Made by a program: the position numbers and the translations under genes
Notes under the pieces: generated by a model
Told to the model about the DNA's origin: nothing
Database searches by the model: none
The model's input: only the letters and a program-made list of their open reading frames with translations
Shown here: positions 60,724 through 64,000 of the stretch, in pieces
How the letters are laid out: every line of letters begins with the position of its first letter
Numbering within the stretch: the stretch's first letter is position 1
DNA from: an uncultured Gemmatimonadales bacterium
GTDB taxonomy: Bacteria > Gemmatimonadota > Gemmatimonadetes > Gemmatimonadales > GWC2-71-9
Assembly (NCBI GenBank): GCA_963825055.1
Contig: CAWGSK010000013.1
Location: 160,001 to 224,000 of the forward strand
Direction: 5' to 3'
DNA length: 64,000 bases

Positions 60724-61576
60724 CGTCGAGGCCCTGTCCCAGTATCACGTTGTCAATGAGGCGCGTGCCACCGGCACGAGCCGCCACAGCTACCACCGTG
60801 TCCGGCCCGACCCGGTCCACGGGTTCCATCGTCTCCGGGTCGGCGAGGGCAATATACTCGACCACCAGACCCGGAGAAAGCCGAAATGCTTCCTGCATCA
60901 CGCTTTCCAGCACCTGGGCCCGGCGCTCACCGCCCCGGTACGCCTGTGTAACAGCCCGGAGGGCCCGCGAGATCCCGAGGGCATCGACACGCTCGGCGGG
61001 AGACAGGTACGCGTTGCGGCTGCTGAGCGCGAGCCCGTCCGGTTCCCGTACCGTGGGCACCACCACCAGACGCACCGGGAAGTCCAGGTCCCGCACCATT
61101 CGCCGGACGAGCAGCGCCTGCTGGATATCCTTCTGTCCGAAACAGGCCACGTCCGGCTGGACCAGGTTGAAGAGCTTCGCCACGACGGTCAGCATCCCGG
61201 TAAAGTGTCCCGGCCGTGCGGCACCCTCCCACCGGGCCGCCGCGTCTGCCGGCACAACCCGGGTCCCGGAACCGGGCGGGTACATCGTCTCGACCGATGG
61301 CAGGAAGAATGCATCCGCGCCTCGTCCCTCGGCGAGGGCCTGGTCCCGCGCGGGATCCCGCGGATACCGGGAAAGATCCTCGCCCGGGCCGAACTGCAGC
61401 GGATTCACGAAGACGCTCACGATTGCGTGTCGTGCCTCGCGGCGCGCCGCGTCGATCAGGGCCAGGTGTCCCTCGTGCAGATAGCCCATCGTGGGAACGA
61501 ACCCGATCTTTCCCCCGCGGGCCCGGGCGCCATGCACCCACGCACGGAGATCGTCGACCGTCTGGATCTGTTCCAC
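60656..61576 (-). CDS. panC: pantoate--beta-alanine ligase
   Basis: [38 protein letters not shown]; the stop lies 68 nt inside panD. Confidence 0.96.
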   Translation of the reverse strand: MEQIQTVDDLRAWVHGARARGGKIGFVPTMGYLHEGHLALIDAARREARHAIVSVFVNPLQFGPGEDLSRYPRDPARDQALAEGRGADAFFLPSVETMYPPGSGTRVVPADAAARWEGAARPGHFTGMLTVVAKLFNLVQPDVACFGQKDIQQALLVRRMVRDLDFPVRLVVVPTVREPDGLALSSRNAYLSPAERVDALGISRALRAVTQAYRGGERRAQVLESVMQEAFRLSPGLVVEYIALADPETMEPVDRVGPDTVVAVAARAGGTRLIDNVILGQGLDDASTADEIKDSPGDDHVGRPAL

Positions 61577-61581
61577 GGAAT

Positions 61582-62409
61582 TCAGTCGAAGCTGTGCCCG
61601 GCGTCCGGGAAGGTCCCGGCTCGGACCTCACCGGCGTACGCCGTCACGGCGGCACGGGTGGCCCCGGCCAGGTCGGCGAATCGCTTCAGGAATTTCGGCG
61701 AGAAGGTGTCGTTGAGCCCGAGCATGTCGTGCAGCACCAGCACCTGGCCGTCGCAATGGGGGCCGGCCCCGATGCCGATGGTGGGGATGGTGAGGGACCC
61801 GGTGATACGCTCCGCCAGCGCGGACGGCAGCAACTCGAGCACCACGGCGAACGCTCCGGCGTCCTCCAGCTCGTGGGCATCAGCCACCAGGTGTTCGGCA
61901 ACCGCGGCATCGCGCCCCTGCACGCGGTAGCCGCCCAGCGCATGCACCGACTGCGGGGTCAGGCCCAGGTGTCCCATGACCGGGATGCCGATGTCCACCA
62001 GCGCGCGCACGGTCGGGGCCATCGTGGCACCACCTTCCAGCTTCACCCCGTGCGCCCCGGTCTCCTTCATCACGCGTCCGGCGTTCCGGAGCGCCTCCTC
62101 GATCGATACCTGGTAGGACAGGAATGGGAGGTCCACGTACACCGGCGTCTCGCCGCTGCCGCGCCGCACGCTCCGGGCATGATAGATCATCTGGTCCAGC
62201 GTCGCGGACAGCGTGCTCGGGCTGCCGGCCAGCACCTGATTGACCGAGTCGCCCACCAGCAGCACGTCCACGCCGGCCGTGCTCAGCAGGCGGGCGAACA
62301 GCGCATCGTAGCAGGTCAGCATCACGATCCGGCGACCGTCACGTTTCATGGCGATCAGGTCGTGGATGGAGCGTGGGGGCCGTGGTTCGGGCATGGATTT
62401 TCCGGGCAT
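61582..62409 (-). CDS. panB: 3-methyl-2-oxobutanoate hydroxymethyltransferase
   Basis: MLTCYD, LLVGDS, VKLEGG, GHLGLTPQS, TIGIGAG, DGQVLV. Confidence 0.97.
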   Translation of the reverse strand: MPGKSMPEPRPPRSIHDLIAMKRDGRRIVMLTCYDALFARLLSTAGVDVLLVGDSVNQVLAGSPSTLSATLDQMIYHARSVRRGSGETPVYVDLPFLSYQVSIEEALRNAGRVMKETGAHGVKLEGGATMAPTVRALVDIGIPVMGHLGLTPQSVHALGGYRVQGRDAAVAEHLVADAHELEDAGAFAVVLELLPSALAERITGSLTIPTIGIGAGPHCDGQVLVLHDMLGLNDTFSPKFLKRFADLAGATRAAVTAYAGEVRAGTFPDAGHSFD

Positions 62410-62420
62410 GGACAGGGAAT

Positions 62421-62834
62421 CTAGGGGGATAGCGCGGCCAGTTCACGCTGCCACCAGTCGCGGTTGGGCAGTTCAGGATGCGGCAGGGTCAGTATCGGGT
62501 CGTTGACCACGCGGTCGCCGAAGCGGACGATGTCGATGTCGAGGGTGCGCGGTCCCCACCGCTCGCCGCGCACGCGCCCGGCCGCCCGTTCGATCGCCAG
62601 GCACGCCTCGAGCAGCGCATGCGGGCCCAGCCGCGTGGCCAGCAGCAGCATCTGGTTCAGGAACGCGGGCTGCTCCACCGGGCCGACGGGCGCGGTTTCC
62701 TCGATTTCCGTCACGGCCACCACCCGGGTGCCGGGCAGCGACTCGAGCGCGGTGCGCGCGTAGGCGAGCTGCGCCTGACGGTCGCCCAGGTTGCTGCCAA
62801 GGGCGATGAAGACCTGCTCCGGGGGCAGGCTCAC
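62421..62834 (-). CDS. folK: 2-amino-4-hydroxy-6-hydroxymethyldihydropteridine diphosphokinase
   Basis: [27 protein letters not shown]. Confidence 0.96.
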   Translation of the reverse strand: MSLPPEQVFIALGSNLGDRQAQLAYARTALESLPGTRVVAVTEIEETAPVGPVEQPAFLNQMLLLATRLGPHALLEACLAIERAAGRVRGERWGPRTLDIDIVRFGDRVVNDPILTLPHPELPNRDWWQRELAALSP

Positions 62835-64000
62835 GCGCGGACGTCGGGGGTGAAGGAGCGGGCGATGGCGTGCAGGTTGCTCGCGACCGCCTCGAGCTCC
62901 CGCACCGAGCGTTCCATCTCCGCGTGGCCTGCCGTCGCCTCGGAGGCACGGGCAGCCATGTCCTCGGCTTCCGCCAGCATGCTGGTGGAGACGGTGGTCA
63001 GGTCCTCGATCTGCTTGCGCAGCCGGCTGAAGGCCACCTCCTGCTCGGCGGCGGTCTCCGCGATCTGCCTCCCGTAGGTGCCCGCGCTGTCGGTCGCGCG
63101 CACAATGGCGGAGAGCGCATCGGCGGCACCCGCGCTGACGTCCTCCACCCCTTCCACGATCTGCTCGCCGCGCGCCATCTGTCGCGTGATGTCTTCCACC
63201 TTGCCCGCGATGCTGGCCACGAGCACCCCCGCTTCCCGCGACGCCTCGGCGCTCTGCGCGGCGAGCTGGCGCACCTCATCGGCCACCACCGCGAACCCCT
63301 GCCCCTGCCGGCCGGCGCGTGCCGCCTCGATGGCGGCGTTGAGCGCAATGAGGTTGGTCAGGTCGGCAATCTCGCGGATGCTGCCGATGAAGCCGGTAAT
63401 CCGCTCCGACACCCTGCCGAGTTCCTCCACCTGCCGGCTGCTGCCCGTCACGAAGTTCTTGAGCTGCACCAGGCGCGCGACGGCATCAAGGATCGTCTCG
63501 CGGCTCTGCCGGGCCACCTCGCTCGCCGCCGCCGCGCTCTCCGCGGCCCGGGCCCCCTCGGCCGCCATCGCCCCGGCGGCATGTGCCAGCGTTGCAGTCG
63601 CGGCAAGGCCGTCCTCCATCGCGCGGCCCTGGGAGCCCATGGCGGCCCGGATGGTGGCCGAGGCCGTGGCCACGGCGGTCGTGGTCCTGCGGAGGATGTC
63701 GATATTCTCGCCGAAGGCCCGGACCTGGCCGCCGATCTTCTCGACGGTCGAGACCAGCGGGCGTCGCAGGTCGGAGATGTGGATCGCGGTCGCGAGCTGG
63801 TTGGCGAAGGTTGCCACGGCTTCCAGGTCCCGCTGGCGGTAGGCGTGCCGCTTGTGGTGCTCGAGTTCCAGGGTTCCGATCACTTCCTCGCCGAAAGTCA
63901 GCGGGGCGATCAGGATGCTCCGGGCCTGCGGGGTCGAGCTGGAAACACGTGGATCCTTCGTGGCATCCGGGATGATGAGCGGCTCTCCGCCCAGCAGCAC
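62831..64000 (-). CDS. GAF-domain methyl-accepting chemotaxis-like protein (5' end outside the window)
   Basis: GAF tail (SILIAPL...IGTL), then [32 protein letters not shown]. Confidence 0.92.
   Translation of the reverse strand: MLLGGEPLIIPDATKDPRVSSSTPQARSILIAPLTFGEEVIGTLELEHHKRHAYRQRDLEAVATFANQLATAIHISDLRRPLVSTVEKIGGQVRAFGENIDILRRTTTAVATASATIRAAMGSQGRAMEDGLAATATLAHAAGAMAAEGARAAESAAAASEVARQSRETILDAVARLVQLKNFVTGSSRQVEELGRVSERITGFIGSIREIADLTNLIALNAAIEAARAGRQGQGFAVVADEVRQLAAQSAEASREAGVLVASIAGKVEDITRQMARGEQIVEGVEDVSAGAADALSAIVRATDSAGTYGRQIAETAAEQEVAFSRLRKQIEDLTTVSTSMLAEAEDMAARASEATAGHAEMERSVRELEAVASNLHAIARSFTPDVRA

Overview
High-GC (~70% by eye) bacterial chromosomal segment. Gene content and protein style suggest Gemmatimonadota (inference). 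It holds about 68 CDS; I saw no rRNA, tRNA, CRISPR array, transposase or integrase. Main blocks: (1) an ECF sigma / ZAS anti-sigma / Spy-like trio; (2) a TetR-controlled aryl-CoA catabolic operon (3152-12539) with a short BoxB-type di-iron epoxidase, a single-domain BoxC-like crotonase, ALDH, thiolase and beta-oxidation enzymes, but no BoxA/PaaE reductase or CoA ligase, behind a PaaR-consensus operator; (3) rplU-rpmA, an iorAB-type molybdoenzyme and RNase E/G with a long structured leader; (4) an accessory patch of small genes (23.7-27.9 kb); (5) a ~22 kb co-oriented minus-strand run from ptsN/aspS/phoH/ybeY/mgtE into meaB, an isobutyryl-CoA-mutase-signature mutase whose subunit genes flank an eRF1-like gene, a carboxyltransferase, a TPPII-like peptidase and split AtuA; (6) rlmN, glycerate genes, folK-panBCD and a partial GAF-MCP. 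Several intergenic gaps carry 7-9 bp tandem arrays followed by their reverse complement, often starting at a stop codon. Two genes are frameshifted by single bases and panC reads through, which may be assembly error. All protein calls come from motif recognition by eye, not database searches.
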